Assembly (NCBI GenBank): GCA_963806185.1
Contig: CAWDXE010000001.1
Location: forward strand, 192,001-256,000
DNA: 64,000 bases
Reading direction: 5' to 3'
Source: an uncultured candidate division Zixibacteria bacterium
GTDB taxonomy: Bacteria; Zixibacteria; MSB-5A5; GN15; FEB-12
A model generated the notes under the pieces. That model searched no databases, was not told the DNA's origin, and saw only the letters and a program-made list of their open reading frames with translations. This document shows, one piece after another, positions 18,211 through 27,820 of the stretch. The position numbers were made by a program, and so were the translations under genes. Within the stretch, counting starts at the first letter, position 1, and every line of letters begins with the position of its first letter.

Positions 18211-18392
18211 ACGATCTCCTGTGGCAAAGGTTGGCGTAAGTATAGCCAACCTTCTGCCCCGCAACAGCTAAAAACTGGAACGACGAAACGCGGACTGGTT
18301 GCTCCGCGAGACGATGGTTTATCTTGCCCCAGAGCGCGCAAACGTGTACTTTATGCGCCGCTATTGTAATTGCCAATAAGTCTGGAGAGAAT

Positions 18393-19805
18393 ATGAATCT
18401 TGAACCTTTGGCCAAACTTGCTCGCGACCGCAAGGTCGAATTTCTCGATCTGAAATTTGGCGACTTGCTCGGCGTCTGGCATCATATGACAGTGCCGGCC
18501 GCCTCTCTAAAACCAGATCTGTTCAAAACCGGTATCGGTGTCGACGGCTCCTCGCTTCCCGGCTTTTCGTCGATTGAACGGGGTGACATGATTATGTTGC
18601 CCGACCCCTCGACGGCGTTTATCGATCCGTTTTTCGAACGCCCAACGTTGTCGTTTATCGGTGACATCATGGAGGCCGGCAAGGAGACCCGTCCATACTC
18701 CCGCAATCCGCGACGGGTGGCCGCGGACGCAGAGAAGTATCTACAAAAAGTACAGCCGGGTTCCACGTGCATTCTGGGACCGGAATTTGAATTCTACATT
18801 TTCGACAAGGTGAACTACTTCCAGGGGCCGGAGAGCGCCTTCTACTATCTGGATTCCGCCGAAGCGGCCTGGAGCGCCGGCAACGATCAGGAGAATCTTG
18901 GCTACAAGATCCCGTACAAAAAGGGATACCACGCCGCGCCGCCGCTCGATCGCACCTACAATCTTCGCTCGGAGATTACGTCGATGCTTTCCGAGGTCGG
19001 TGTCGGACTGAAATATCATCATCATGAAGTCGGGGGCGGCGGACAGCACGAAATCGAAGTGAGTTTTGCCCCTCTGCTCCAGATGGCCGATCAATCGATG
19101 CTGGTGAAGTATTTTGTGAAGAACCAATGTTTCCGGGTCGGCAAGTCAGCCACGTTCATGCCCAAGCCGTTGTTCAACGAACCGGGCTCCGGGCTGCATG
19201 TGCACCAGTATCTGTCTGACGGCAAGGGATCACTTTTCTTCGAGAAGGACGGCATCGCCTACTTCTCGCAGCTGGGCCTCTGGTATATCGGCGGGTTACT
19301 TAAACATGCCGGCGCCTTGCTGGCCTTCTCCAATCCGTCGACCAATTCGTTCAAGCGACTGATTCCCGGTTTCGAAGCGCCGGTGGCCGGGACATATTCG
19401 GTCGGCAATCGGACAGCCTGCATCCGTATACCGGGGTATCTCAAGGATCCCAAGACCATGCGCCTGGAGTTCCGTCCCGGCGACGGCACCATGAATCCGT
19501 ATCTCGGGTACGCTTCCATGCTGATGGCCGGTCTGGACGGTATCACGAACAAGATTGACCCGGGTCTGCCATTCGACAAAAACCTGGATCATTTGTCACC
19601 TGAAGAGTTGGCCAAGATTCCGCAGCTTCCCACGTCACTCAACAAGGCGCTCAACGCTCTTGAGGAAGACAACGAGTTCCTCCTCGTTGACGGCGTGTTT
19701 ACTCCGGATCTCATTCAGAGCTGGATAAATCTGAAGCGGAAGGAAGTGACGGAAATACGCGTCCGCCCTACGCCGTTCGAATTCGAGATGTATTACGATA
19801 TGTAA
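18393..19805 (+). CDS. glnA: Glutamine synthetase type I
   Basis: DGSSLPGF, GPEFEFY, HHHEV..GQHEI, ATFMPKP..GSGLHVHQ, NSFKRLIPGFEAP, NRTACIRIP, RLEFR, PTPFEFEMYY. Start ATG 18393 after GGAGA. Confidence 0.97.
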   Translation: MNLEPLAKLARDRKVEFLDLKFGDLLGVWHHMTVPAASLKPDLFKTGIGVDGSSLPGFSSIERGDMIMLPDPSTAFIDPFFERPTLSFIGDIMEAGKETRPYSRNPRRVAADAEKYLQKVQPGSTCILGPEFEFYIFDKVNYFQGPESAFYYLDSAEAAWSAGNDQENLGYKIPYKKGYHAAPPLDRTYNLRSEITSMLSEVGVGLKYHHHEVGGGGQHEIEVSFAPLLQMADQSMLVKYFVKNQCFRVGKSATFMPKPLFNEPGSGLHVHQYLSDGKGSLFFEKDGIAYFSQLGLWYIGGLLKHAGALLAFSNPSTNSFKRLIPGFEAPVAGTYSVGNRTACIRIPGYLKDPKTMRLEFRPGDGTMNPYLGYASMLMAGLDGITNKIDPGLPFDKNLDHLSPEELAKIPQLPTSLNKALNALEEDNEFLLVDGVFTPDLIQSWINLKRKEVTEIRVRPTPFEFEMYYDM

Positions 19806-19809
19806 GCTG

Positions 19810-20562
19810 TCAGACGCGCATGGCGCGGATCAACTCGATCTGCGCCAGCGCCGCCGTTACCGCCGATTCCACTCGCAACACCCACGGCCCCAGGTAAAAC
19901 GGCGTGAAACCGAGCCGCATAAAATGCTCGATTTCAAACGGCACCCATCCCCCTTCGGGGCCTATCGCCAACACGCTATGACCCGGCGCACTATTCCAGA
20001 TATCGGATATGTATGTTGACGACGACACTTCGCACAGCAATCGATTGGCGATGGGCGGAGCAGTTTTCTCGAGCGACGGCCAGGTATCTTCGGCAAACGG
20101 TCGAAACAGCAGGTGAATCGTCACCTTCGGCAGGCGGGTGAATTTCCCCTGACTCAGTCCCTCGAGCATGACGGGGCGCATCTTGTCAGCGGTGAGCATC
20201 GGCGAATCGAGATAGCTTCTCTCCGTCCGATTAGCGCGCACAAGATGCACCGCTCGCACTCCCATGGTGGCTGCAGTCAAGAGCACTTTGCGCACGGTGG
20301 GAGGCCGGGAGATGGCACATATCAGATTAATCTCACAGGGAGGCAGCGGCATGGGGCCACGCGGAGTAAAACGCAGTGTGGCGGTTCGTTCATCGATGGT
20401 GAGTATTTCAGCATCCCCCACGTCCCCGTCGAGCAGGCCCGCCTGGACCACCTCGCCGACCCCGCGCTTCAGCACCGCTCGAATATGTTCCACCCGGTGA
20501 TCGGTGATTTCGTAATGCTCATTGCCGCGCGAGTCGTCGGTCGTCAGAATCAGCAAGTTCAT
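19810..20562 (-). CDS. rsmE: 16S rRNA m3U1498 methyltransferase family (SPOUT)
   Basis: HIRAVLK; AIGPEGGW..FE; LGPWVLRVESA. Confidence 0.9.
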   Translation of the reverse strand: MNLLILTTDDSRGNEHYEITDHRVEHIRAVLKRGVGEVVQAGLLDGDVGDAEILTIDERTATLRFTPRGPMPLPPCEINLICAISRPPTVRKVLLTAATMGVRAVHLVRANRTERSYLDSPMLTADKMRPVMLEGLSQGKFTRLPKVTIHLLFRPFAEDTWPSLEKTAPPIANRLLCEVSSSTYISDIWNSAPGHSVLAIGPEGGWVPFEIEHFMRLGFTPFYLGPWVLRVESAVTAALAQIELIRAMRV

Positions 20563-20626
20563 GCCGGGCAGGATACGCCAGTTTCATTCGCTTCGCAACG
20601 GGCGATCTGATCGACGAATTCGATAA

Positions 20627-21373
20627 CTATTCCCCCATTCGGAACTCCACCGAGTAGGTCACCCAGACCGGAATCGCAAGACCGTTTTGAATACCGGGCG
20701 AATAGACATTCAGATACGCTGCCGTCACGGCGGCCGAATCCAGTGCTTCGCACCCCGACGACGACACAATGTGCGCCTCCCCTACTTTTCCGCTGGCCAA
20801 CACGAGCGCGCCAATGGTCGCTTTTCCCTCGAGACCAAGCCGTTTGGCCAGTGATGGGTATTCCGGCTTCACTTCGACTACCATCGCCGGTTCCTTCTCA
20901 ACCTTCTGCCAAACGCCATATTCGGGCAGATCATCACCGATCGACGCCCCATGCAGCGGGGTAAGTCCGAAATCGCCGGTATCGCTGGTGCCGGTCCCCG
21001 TGCTGTCGAGGCCCACTCCCCGACCGGTCGCAATGACTCGGTCGTCAACGACCATCGTATCAGGGACGGGTGTGGGAATGCCGACGCGCTCATCCCGGGG
21101 CAGGGCCGGTCTGGCGCCCACACCATCGGAAACTACGTTTACTACCTGAAGTGGATCGATGACGACGCGCACTGAGTCAATGTCGTCCGGGAGAACCCTC
21201 GGTGGAATTATGACAATATCCGGGTTCCCCGCGAGTATCGAGACACTCACATAAGTCGCCGCAATGGCCAAGATCACGAGTATATTGGCGATCAGCATAT
21301 TGCGCTGATAGGTCATCTTCAGCTCGATCGCCCCGTACGGTCGATAGCGGAAATCATCCCTGCTGGGAATCAT
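20627..21373 (-). CDS. Energy transducer TonB family protein
   Basis: N-terminal YGAIELKMTYQRN plus TM helix, Pro-containing linker, TonB_C PEYPSLAKRLGLEG..SSGCEALDSAAV..PG..NG..VWVTYSVEF. Confidence 0.85.
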   Translation of the reverse strand: MIPSRDDFRYRPYGAIELKMTYQRNMLIANILVILAIAATYVSVSILAGNPDIVIIPPRVLPDDIDSVRVVIDPLQVVNVVSDGVGARPALPRDERVGIPTPVPDTMVVDDRVIATGRGVGLDSTGTGTSDTGDFGLTPLHGASIGDDLPEYGVWQKVEKEPAMVVEVKPEYPSLAKRLGLEGKATIGALVLASGKVGEAHIVSSSGCEALDSAAVTAAYLNVYSPGIQNGLAIPVWVTYSVEFRMGE

Positions 21374-21515
21374 ACTCCACCCCTTGCGGCTCAGCCGCGT
21401 GTTTAAATCCCTGACCGGTCCGTGGTGACGGGCCGATTCACCAATGGCAATGAAGGATGAGGTGAGGACTCTACTAAATCTACATTAATGACGGCGGTCT
21501 CTTCCCGTCCGTCCA

Positions 21516-21549
21516 AAGAAAAGGCGGCGGAGACTCATCGTCGCCGCCA
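21516..21549 (-). terminator. Rho-independent terminator after the beta-helix gene
   Basis: Minus strand GGCGGCG..CGCCGCC followed by TTTTCTTT. Confidence 0.6.
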
Positions 21550-21578
21550 CCTGGTTAGTCAAGGTGCTGCTGTGCGGG

Positions 21579-24500
21579 CTACTTGATCATGAGCATCTTG
21601 TTGGTTCGCTCATCACCGCCCGCTGTCAGGCGATAGAAATAGACGCCCGTCGCGACACTCTCGCCCCGGTCATCGCGGCCGTTCCATTCAATCCGGTGGC
21701 TGCCGGCGGAAAGATCACCGTCCACCAATTGGCGGACTTCTTGTCCGAGCATGTTGTACACGACCAGCGAGGTACGTGCCGGCGCGGGCAGGCTGAACTT
21801 GATCACCGTGCTCGGATTGCACGGATTGGGGTAGTTCTGATCAAGCGCAAACTTCAGCCCGCCATCGGGCTTTGAAACGACGGTCGGAGCAGCCGACAAC
21901 GCCCCCATGTCGGCGCGTGAGCCGTCGGGATCATTGTAGATGCTGTTCGGATCTCCGGCGTCGATACAGGGCGAACCCGACTGCAACAGAAAATCAGGAA
22001 TGGAGTAAACCGCCCCCGGCTCGATCACCGAGGCCAACATCGGGTCGGCCGATATCTCACCGATTCCGGGCTCCAGCAGGACGTAATCCTTCCCGTTGTT
22101 GTTCCAGACGTCGTTATACTCGTGCACAAGATTGACCGGCGCGCCGCAGTAGTCGTTGCGAATCAGTCCGCCGGCGAGGTTGTTCATGATGATGTTATTG
22201 CGCACGTCGACATTCTGGCTGTACACGATGGTCACGCCGCCGTCGTTGGTAACGATTGTGTTGTTGAGGATACGGCAATTGTCGGCTCGAATCGTCACGG
22301 CCCCCCACCCTTCAGTGTGGGGTGGGTCGACGTGATTGTCGTAAATCAGATTTCGCTCGATGATGGCACCTTCGCCCTCGATCGCGCAGATACCGCCGGC
22401 GTTGCCGCCGACATTTCCGTAAATCTGATTGCCGACGAAGCGCGGCGCATATCCGTACCCCAGTCGAATAAAGATACCGCCACCGGAAATGGGCGTGCGA
22501 TTGAAGCGGATGATGTTGTTCTCAACCAAAGGCTCACAGAACTGGAACCAGAGGCCGCCGCCATCATACGATCCGACGCAATGCTCGATGATGCAGTTGC
22601 GAACTGTCGGATCGGACTCCGTGCAGTGAATGCCCTCGTTATTGTCCTGCCCGTCCAGCGTGAAGCCTTCAATGAGAGTGGATTTGTCGCTGCCGGCGAC
22701 CAGGACGATGAGTGCGCCGGGCTTGCAGTCCCTGGGCATTTCTGCCGGCGTTGTCGCCTGATGGTCGTCAAACTCACCGGACTGCCCTGGCTTCTTCAAT
22801 GCCGCCGGCGGGATAATTCGTGTCGCTTCAGGGCCATCAGTGGATTTCAGGACCAGCGACTTACTCATGAACTGGAGTTGTTCGGCGTATTCACCCGGAC
22901 CGACCAGGATGGTATCCTGACAGCCGGCCGCGTCGATAGCCGCCTGGATAGTTGCGAATTCGGCCGGCACCCGGATGGTGCGAGAATCGTTCGGTACGGC
23001 CGGATCATACGGGATGGCGCCGATATCGTTTCGGGAACCATCGGGATCGTTATACACCGGATCCGGATCGCCGGCGTCGATGCAAGGAGATTCAGGTAAC
23101 AGCGTGGAACCGCAGCGGTTGAACAACGGATCCACCGACAGGTCGGTCACTCCGGGTGGGATATTGAGGTAGTCACTCCCGTTATACCAGACGTCATTGT
23201 ACGCCAGCGTCGCCGTTGACGGTCCGACGTAATCATTCGCGATGATGCCGCCGTTGGTGTTGAACACAATGAGGTTGTTTCTCACCTCGGCGTCGCTCGC
23301 GGCCGCCAGCGTGATACCAGCGCGATGGCCGGTGATCGTGTTGTTAATGACAGAACAGTCATCGGCGCGAATGAACACCGCCCCTTCCGCTTCTGTAACC
23401 AAAGAACCAATGCTATTGCGGTAAAACAGGTTTCGCTCAATGCGGGCGCCGCGCCCTTCGATGGCACAGATACCGCCGCTGTTGCCCGCCGAGTTACTGT
23501 AAATTGTGTTACCGATGAATTTGGCCGTGCCGCCGCCTTCACCCAGCCGGATGAAGATGCCGCCGCCGGAAACTCCCGTTTCGTTGTACCGAATGATATT
23601 GTTTTCAACCAGCGGGCGACATTCCTGCAGCCAAAAGCCACCGCCGTCCCAATTGGCGTGACCGTTTTCAACGATGCAATTGCGGATCACCGGATCTGAC
23701 TGTATGCATGAAACACCATTGGTTCTCGTCATACCGTCAATGGTGAAGCCGTCTATCAGAGTCGCCTGAGTGCTTCCGGGAAAGAAATGGATCACGCCGC
23801 CGTCATAGATCGGATACGCTTCTGAAGGGAAGCTCAGAACAGTTTGCTTCGCCCCCTCAGTCGACTTCAGGACGAGACTCTTGCCGTCGAACTCAAGGCA
23901 CTCCTCATAATCCCCCGGCCCGACCAGGATGGTATCGAAGTCCACGGCCTGCGCCAGCGCCTGGCTGATGGTCGCGAATTGCCCCGGCACATAGAAGGTC
24001 GCGGGCTGGCGCGGCTCCACCGGGAAATAGGTCAGGGCGCCGATATCGTTGCGGGACTCGTCGGGATCATTGTAAACAGGATCGGGGTCGCCGGAGTTGA
24101 TACAAGGCGATTCGGCGGACAGATAGACCGTGCCGGACACAAAGCCCGGGATCTTCCAGACATCGGTGGCGCCGGGTGCAATGTTTTCGTAGTTGGTCGT
24201 GCCGTTCAACCAAACCAGGTTATACCCGAGCGTGACCGTGCTCGGACCGGCGTAATTGTTGACCCAAATGCCCCGAGTATTCCACGCGACGATATTGTTC
24301 AAGATGAGCGCGTTATCACTCGCAATAACCGTTATTCCGGCATAGTTTCTGACGATGGTATTGTTAATCAGGGAGCAGTCGGCGGCACGAATACTCACCG
24401 CACCCACACCCTCAGTATAGGTTGGCGACACGGTGTTGTTCTTGATGATGTTCCTGGCAATGTACGCACCGCGGCCTTCGATGGCACAAATACCGCCGGC

Positions 24501-25088
24501 ATTTCCCGCCACGTTGCCGTAAATGGTGTTGCCGACTATTTTCGCTGCGCCTTCGGTGGTGTCCAGACGGATAAAAATCCCTCCGCCGGAGACCCACGTC
24601 CGATTGTGTCGAATGATATTGTTTTCGATTGTCGGACGGCAGTGCTGCAACCAGAAGCCGCCACCGTCGTAGGAGCCCAGACCGTTCTGCACGATACAAT
24701 TCCTGATCTGCGGATCTGATTCCGTACAAGAAACACCGTTGCACCGGCTCATGGCGTCAATGGTGAAACCTTCGACGATTGTGGTCGCATCGCTGCCAGG
24801 CTCGAAGTAGATCACGCCGTCATTTTCGTCGACCAATCGTCCGGTCGGATACTGGATAATCGTCGCCTCCGGACCATCAGTCGATTTTAGCACCAGGCTC
24901 TTCCCTCCGAAATGAACCACCTCGGCATAGGTCCCGGGTCTGACCAGAACAGTGTCGCCTCCTGCGGATGCTACAACGCCTTCCTGGATGGTGCTGAAGT
25001 CATCCGGAACCACAAGTGTTGCCCCCCATGCCGACGTGGCCAGGCATACTACAGCCAGGGCAACGATCAGTTGATGCTGTGCGCGCAT
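21579..25088 (-). CDS. Secreted protein with three tandem right-handed beta-helix (pectin-lyase-like) modules and C-terminal FlgD-Ig/T9SS-type tail
   Basis: Signal peptide. Three ~350-aa modules each begin VPxxFxTIQ/S..DTxLVxPGxYxE..KSLVLKST and end SPCIxxGDP..YNDPDxSRxDxGA. Tail QNYPNPCNPST..VYNMLGQEV..GVYFYRL..KMLMIK. Confidence 0.9.
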   Translation of the reverse strand: MRAQHQLIVALAVVCLATSAWGATLVVPDDFSTIQEGVVASAGGDTVLVRPGTYAEVVHFGGKSLVLKSTDGPEATIIQYPTGRLVDENDGVIYFEPGSDATTIVEGFTIDAMSRCNGVSCTESDPQIRNCIVQNGLGSYDGGGFWLQHCRPTIENNIIRHNRTWVSGGGIFIRLDTTEGAAKIVGNTIYGNVAGNAGGICAIEGRGAYIARNIIKNNTVSPTYTEGVGAVSIRAADCSLINNTIVRNYAGITVIASDNALILNNIVAWNTRGIWVNNYAGPSTVTLGYNLVWLNGTTNYENIAPGATDVWKIPGFVSGTVYLSAESPCINSGDPDPVYNDPDESRNDIGALTYFPVEPRQPATFYVPGQFATISQALAQAVDFDTILVGPGDYEECLEFDGKSLVLKSTEGAKQTVLSFPSEAYPIYDGGVIHFFPGSTQATLIDGFTIDGMTRTNGVSCIQSDPVIRNCIVENGHANWDGGGFWLQECRPLVENNIIRYNETGVSGGGIFIRLGEGGGTAKFIGNTIYSNSAGNSGGICAIEGRGARIERNLFYRNSIGSLVTEAEGAVFIRADDCSVINNTITGHRAGITLAAASDAEVRNNLIVFNTNGGIIANDYVGPSTATLAYNDVWYNGSDYLNIPPGVTDLSVDPLFNRCGSTLLPESPCIDAGDPDPVYNDPDGSRNDIGAIPYDPAVPNDSRTIRVPAEFATIQAAIDAAGCQDTILVGPGEYAEQLQFMSKSLVLKSTDGPEATRIIPPAALKKPGQSGEFDDHQATTPAEMPRDCKPGALIVLVAGSDKSTLIEGFTLDGQDNNEGIHCTESDPTVRNCIIEHCVGSYDGGGLWFQFCEPLVENNIIRFNRTPISGGGIFIRLGYGYAPRFVGNQIYGNVGGNAGGICAIEGEGAIIERNLIYDNHVDPPHTEGWGAVTIRADNCRILNNTIVTNDGGVTIVYSQNVDVRNNIIMNNLAGGLIRNDYCGAPVNLVHEYNDVWNNNGKDYVLLEPGIGEISADPMLASVIEPGAVYSIPDFLLQSGSPCIDAGDPNSIYNDPDGSRADMGALSAAPTVVSKPDGGLKFALDQNYPNPCNPSTVIKFSLPAPARTSLVVYNMLGQEVRQLVDGDLSAGSHRIEWNGRDDRGESVATGVYFYRLTAGGDERTNKMLMIK

Positions 25089-25209
25089 AGTTTCCTCCCG
25101 TGGGATATTCCCATACCCACGTTCCGATTACTTTGGTACTTATGTGTTCGCGAGCGGAGGCTCGCCTGCTGTTCCGTGCAGACTTGCGGATCGCAGATTA
25201 ACTAGATTA

Positions 25210-25238
25210 TGGATACTGAATGTCGATCTACTTGTCAA
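25210..25238 (-). promoter_or_regulatory. Possible sigma70 promoter of the beta-helix gene
   Basis: Minus strand TTGACA (25238-25233)-N17-TATCCA. Confidence 0.35.
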
Positions 25239-25257
25239 TGCAAAAGTAGGGCGGACA

Positions 25258-25288
25258 CAAAAAAGCCGCGCCATTTACTGACGCGGCC
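25258..25288 (-). terminator. Rho-independent terminator after pstS
   Basis: Minus strand GCCGCGTCA-GTAAA-TGGCGCGGC-TTTTTT. Confidence 0.75.
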
Positions 25289-25309
25289 AGCATAGGAAAC
25301 GAAAATGGT

Positions 25310-26149
25310 TCACTTTACCGGGAAGTAACCGACCTCGGTGACAATTTTCTGCCCCTCGTCGGAGAGCACGAAGTCAACCAACGATTTCATGTCCCCTTTC
25401 GGCTTATTGCGTACATACCAGAAAAGGAAGCGCGACAGCGGATAGTCGCCCGACCGGACAGTTTCCAGCGTCGGTTCGAACCCGGGCGTGGCGGCATCTT
25501 TCTTCAGCTTGGCATACTTCACACCCTTGGCGTAGGCGGCCCCGCCATAACCGATGCCGTGCTTGTCTTTGGCGACAGCGTTGACGATGGCTGCCGTACC
25601 CGGCAGTGTCTGAACCTGAGCGGCAAAGTCCTCTCCTTTAAGGACGACGTCCTTGAAGTAGCCGTAGGTGCCGGAACTGTTCTCGCGTCCGTAGACGATG
25701 ATGCGGGCGTCGGGTCCGCCGACATCCTTCCAGTTCGTAAGTTCACCGGTATAGATCAGTTTGAGTTGATCAATCGTCAATTCGTGAACCGGATTTTCGT
25801 CGTTGAGATAGACCGCCAGACCATCGCGGGCGACCGGAATCTCGACGCCGGGCGTATTGAAGCGCTGCTTCAATTTGTCGATCTCACTCGCCTTGATCGG
25901 GCGAGAGGCTTCGCAAATGTCGGTCGTACCGTTGATCAGGGCGGCCAGACCCACACCCGACCCGCCGCCGGTGACCTGAATCACTGCGCCCGGGTGAGCT
26001 TTCATGAAGGCTTCGGCCCAGCGCTGTCCGAGCGGAAGCAGGGTGTCTGAACCCTTTACCGTGATTCCCTGTCCGGCAAAGAGGCCGCCGGCGATGCCGA
26101 GGCAGGACGCCACGACGGCCATGGTGATGATGTTCTTTAGTGCTTTCAT
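25310..26149 (-). CDS. pstS: Phosphate ABC transporter substrate-binding protein
   Basis: KGSDT, TGGGSGVG, ASRPIK, GRENSSGTY, IGYGG, YPLSRFL. GAGGAG then ATG 26149. Confidence 0.92.
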   Translation of the reverse strand: MKALKNIITMAVVASCLGIAGGLFAGQGITVKGSDTLLPLGQRWAEAFMKAHPGAVIQVTGGGSGVGLAALINGTTDICEASRPIKASEIDKLKQRFNTPGVEIPVARDGLAVYLNDENPVHELTIDQLKLIYTGELTNWKDVGGPDARIIVYGRENSSGTYGYFKDVVLKGEDFAAQVQTLPGTAAIVNAVAKDKHGIGYGGAAYAKGVKYAKLKKDAATPGFEPTLETVRSGDYPLSRFLFWYVRNKPKGDMKSLVDFVLSDEGQKIVTEVGYFPVK

Positions 26150-26170
26150 ACTTCTCCTCATAGTCACGTG

Positions 26171-27475
26171 TTAAAACACGAACTGGAATTGCAGGGTGAA
26201 GCGGTTATCCTTCACGTCCTTGTCCGATTTCGTGAAGATGCTGTTCCCGTCGAGCAGGTGGGCGACGTCGTACGCCGCAGTGACGCGCACATGAGCGTCC
26301 CAGAAGTAGTTGGCGGCCAGCGACAGTGTACCCGTAGCGTCATTCTGTTTGCTGCTCGCGGAGTTTGGGTCCCAGTAATCATAACGAACGGCGCCGCCGA
26401 GTTTGGTGCCGAGTGACTGCGACAGCCAAACATACCAGCCGCGCCCTTTGGCCAGCGAGTCGGCAGCCTTGGCATCGTAGTCTTTGGAGAGATACATTTC
26501 ACCACGGATAGCCGAGCCGCCGAACGGCAGAACATCGAGATACACCTGCGCGTCAGCCCCATACCGGATCTTGTCCTTCTCGACACCGGGGATGGCGGCT
26601 TTGGCCGGTGTAGGCTGGGTCGTGGTGACTTCGCCGGCGTCAATCGCGTTATTGCCATTGGCATCAAACCAGGTCGAACTGCCCGGTTTGGCGGCGACAG
26701 CGGCCACACCGGCAGTGTTGGTCTTGCCCCAGTAGCCCGAGGCACCCAGATCAATCATCCCCAACTTCACCTTGGCGCGGGCGATGACGTCTTTGGCTTT
26801 GCTCGGATCGTACCAGGTGGGCGCCTTGCCTTCGGCTCCTTCGATCCCCCATCCCTGGAAGATACCCAGATTCAGTTGGAGCGTTTTGGAGCCACGCTCG
26901 TTGAGCGGTCCGGTGTAGGTGACGTTCATGCCGCGATCGCGTTCACCTTTGAAGAGTTTGTTCTCGGCCAGACTGCGTTCGGGGAAGTCGCGCTGTGACG
27001 AACTGTATTCGATTTCGTAGCCAAAGGGCCAGTTGAATTGCCCGGCCGTAAGCACAAACTGATGCAGGCCGATCGGTTTGATCAAGTCGACATAGGCTTC
27101 TTTCAGTGAAATCGACTGCTTGGAGGCATCGACGTAGAAGACGTAGCGGCTCGTCTGGCCGGGTTGTACGGCGAATTTCAGCCGACCGCGCCGGATGTAG
27201 ATATTGTTCGCATTGCGATTGTCGGCGTAGCTGCCGGTGAGCAGGCCGCTCTTGGACGTGTCGTTGAACTCGTAGCGGGCCTGAAGATATCCGGAAACCT
27301 TCACCCACCTGAGAATGCCGACGTCGCTGTTGAGCGTGGCCAGGTTCTCTTCAATGCCGGCCAGCTTATCACTGACCGCGCCGGCCGATTGGTCGGAACT
27401 GTCTTTGGAATCCGCTTGAGCGTGGACGGATGCGGTTAGCGCCAGGCATAACCAGATCCATTTGCTGATGCGCAT
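26171..27475 (-). CDS. Phosphate-selective porin (OprO/P-like) outer-membrane barrel
   Basis: Signal peptide; VSGYLQARY, IRRGRLKF, LKEAY, AGQFNWPFGYE, ERS, RDRG; C-terminal FTLQFQFVF beta-signal; directly upstream of pstS. Confidence 0.8.
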   Translation of the reverse strand: MRISKWIWLCLALTASVHAQADSKDSSDQSAGAVSDKLAGIEENLATLNSDVGILRWVKVSGYLQARYEFNDTSKSGLLTGSYADNRNANNIYIRRGRLKFAVQPGQTSRYVFYVDASKQSISLKEAYVDLIKPIGLHQFVLTAGQFNWPFGYEIEYSSSQRDFPERSLAENKLFKGERDRGMNVTYTGPLNERGSKTLQLNLGIFQGWGIEGAEGKAPTWYDPSKAKDVIARAKVKLGMIDLGASGYWGKTNTAGVAAVAAKPGSSTWFDANGNNAIDAGEVTTTQPTPAKAAIPGVEKDKIRYGADAQVYLDVLPFGGSAIRGEMYLSKDYDAKAADSLAKGRGWYVWLSQSLGTKLGGAVRYDYWDPNSASSKQNDATGTLSLAANYFWDAHVRVTAAYDVAHLLDGNSIFTKSDKDVKDNRFTLQFQFVF

Positions 27476-27574
27476 GTTTCCCTCCAACATATGTCGTTTC
27501 CATCCTGTTGTCGCGTTGGCGTCGTCATCCCCAAGTTCACGTGTTGAGGCGGCGATCGCGTTGTCCTGCGCCCA

Positions 27575-27630
27575 ATTAAACCGGCTGATTATTAGGATAA
27601 AGTTAGGCCGACATTAGAAATTCTGACAAA
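27575..27630 (-). promoter_or_regulatory. Pho-box-like 11-bp-period direct repeats upstream of porin-pstS
   Basis: Plus-strand TTAG at 27592, 27603 and 27614 (minus strand TCTAATG, CCTAACT, CCTAATA), then a TTTAAT -10-like hexamer at 27580-27575. Confidence 0.55.
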
Positions 27631-27820
27631 GAGCTCCACGCGCCACTGTCATTCCTGGAGTGGAAGTACTTTTGTTGCACAGATATAACCAGAGCTGGCG
27701 ATTCAACACTGACAGAATCTTAGTACGGAGGGCTGGGGCGACGATACCAAGGAGGAGGCCTTCGGCTATCCTTGATGGGTTAGAACCGCCGTGCCCTGGG
27801 CATGGCGACAGAGCATATAC

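Noticed and set aside
27690..27820. Possible riboswitch upstream of the first kinase (also 30060-30260 and 50945-51120)
   Set aside because: Hairpins are present but I could not match conserved cores of any known riboswitch; an Rfam scan would be needed.
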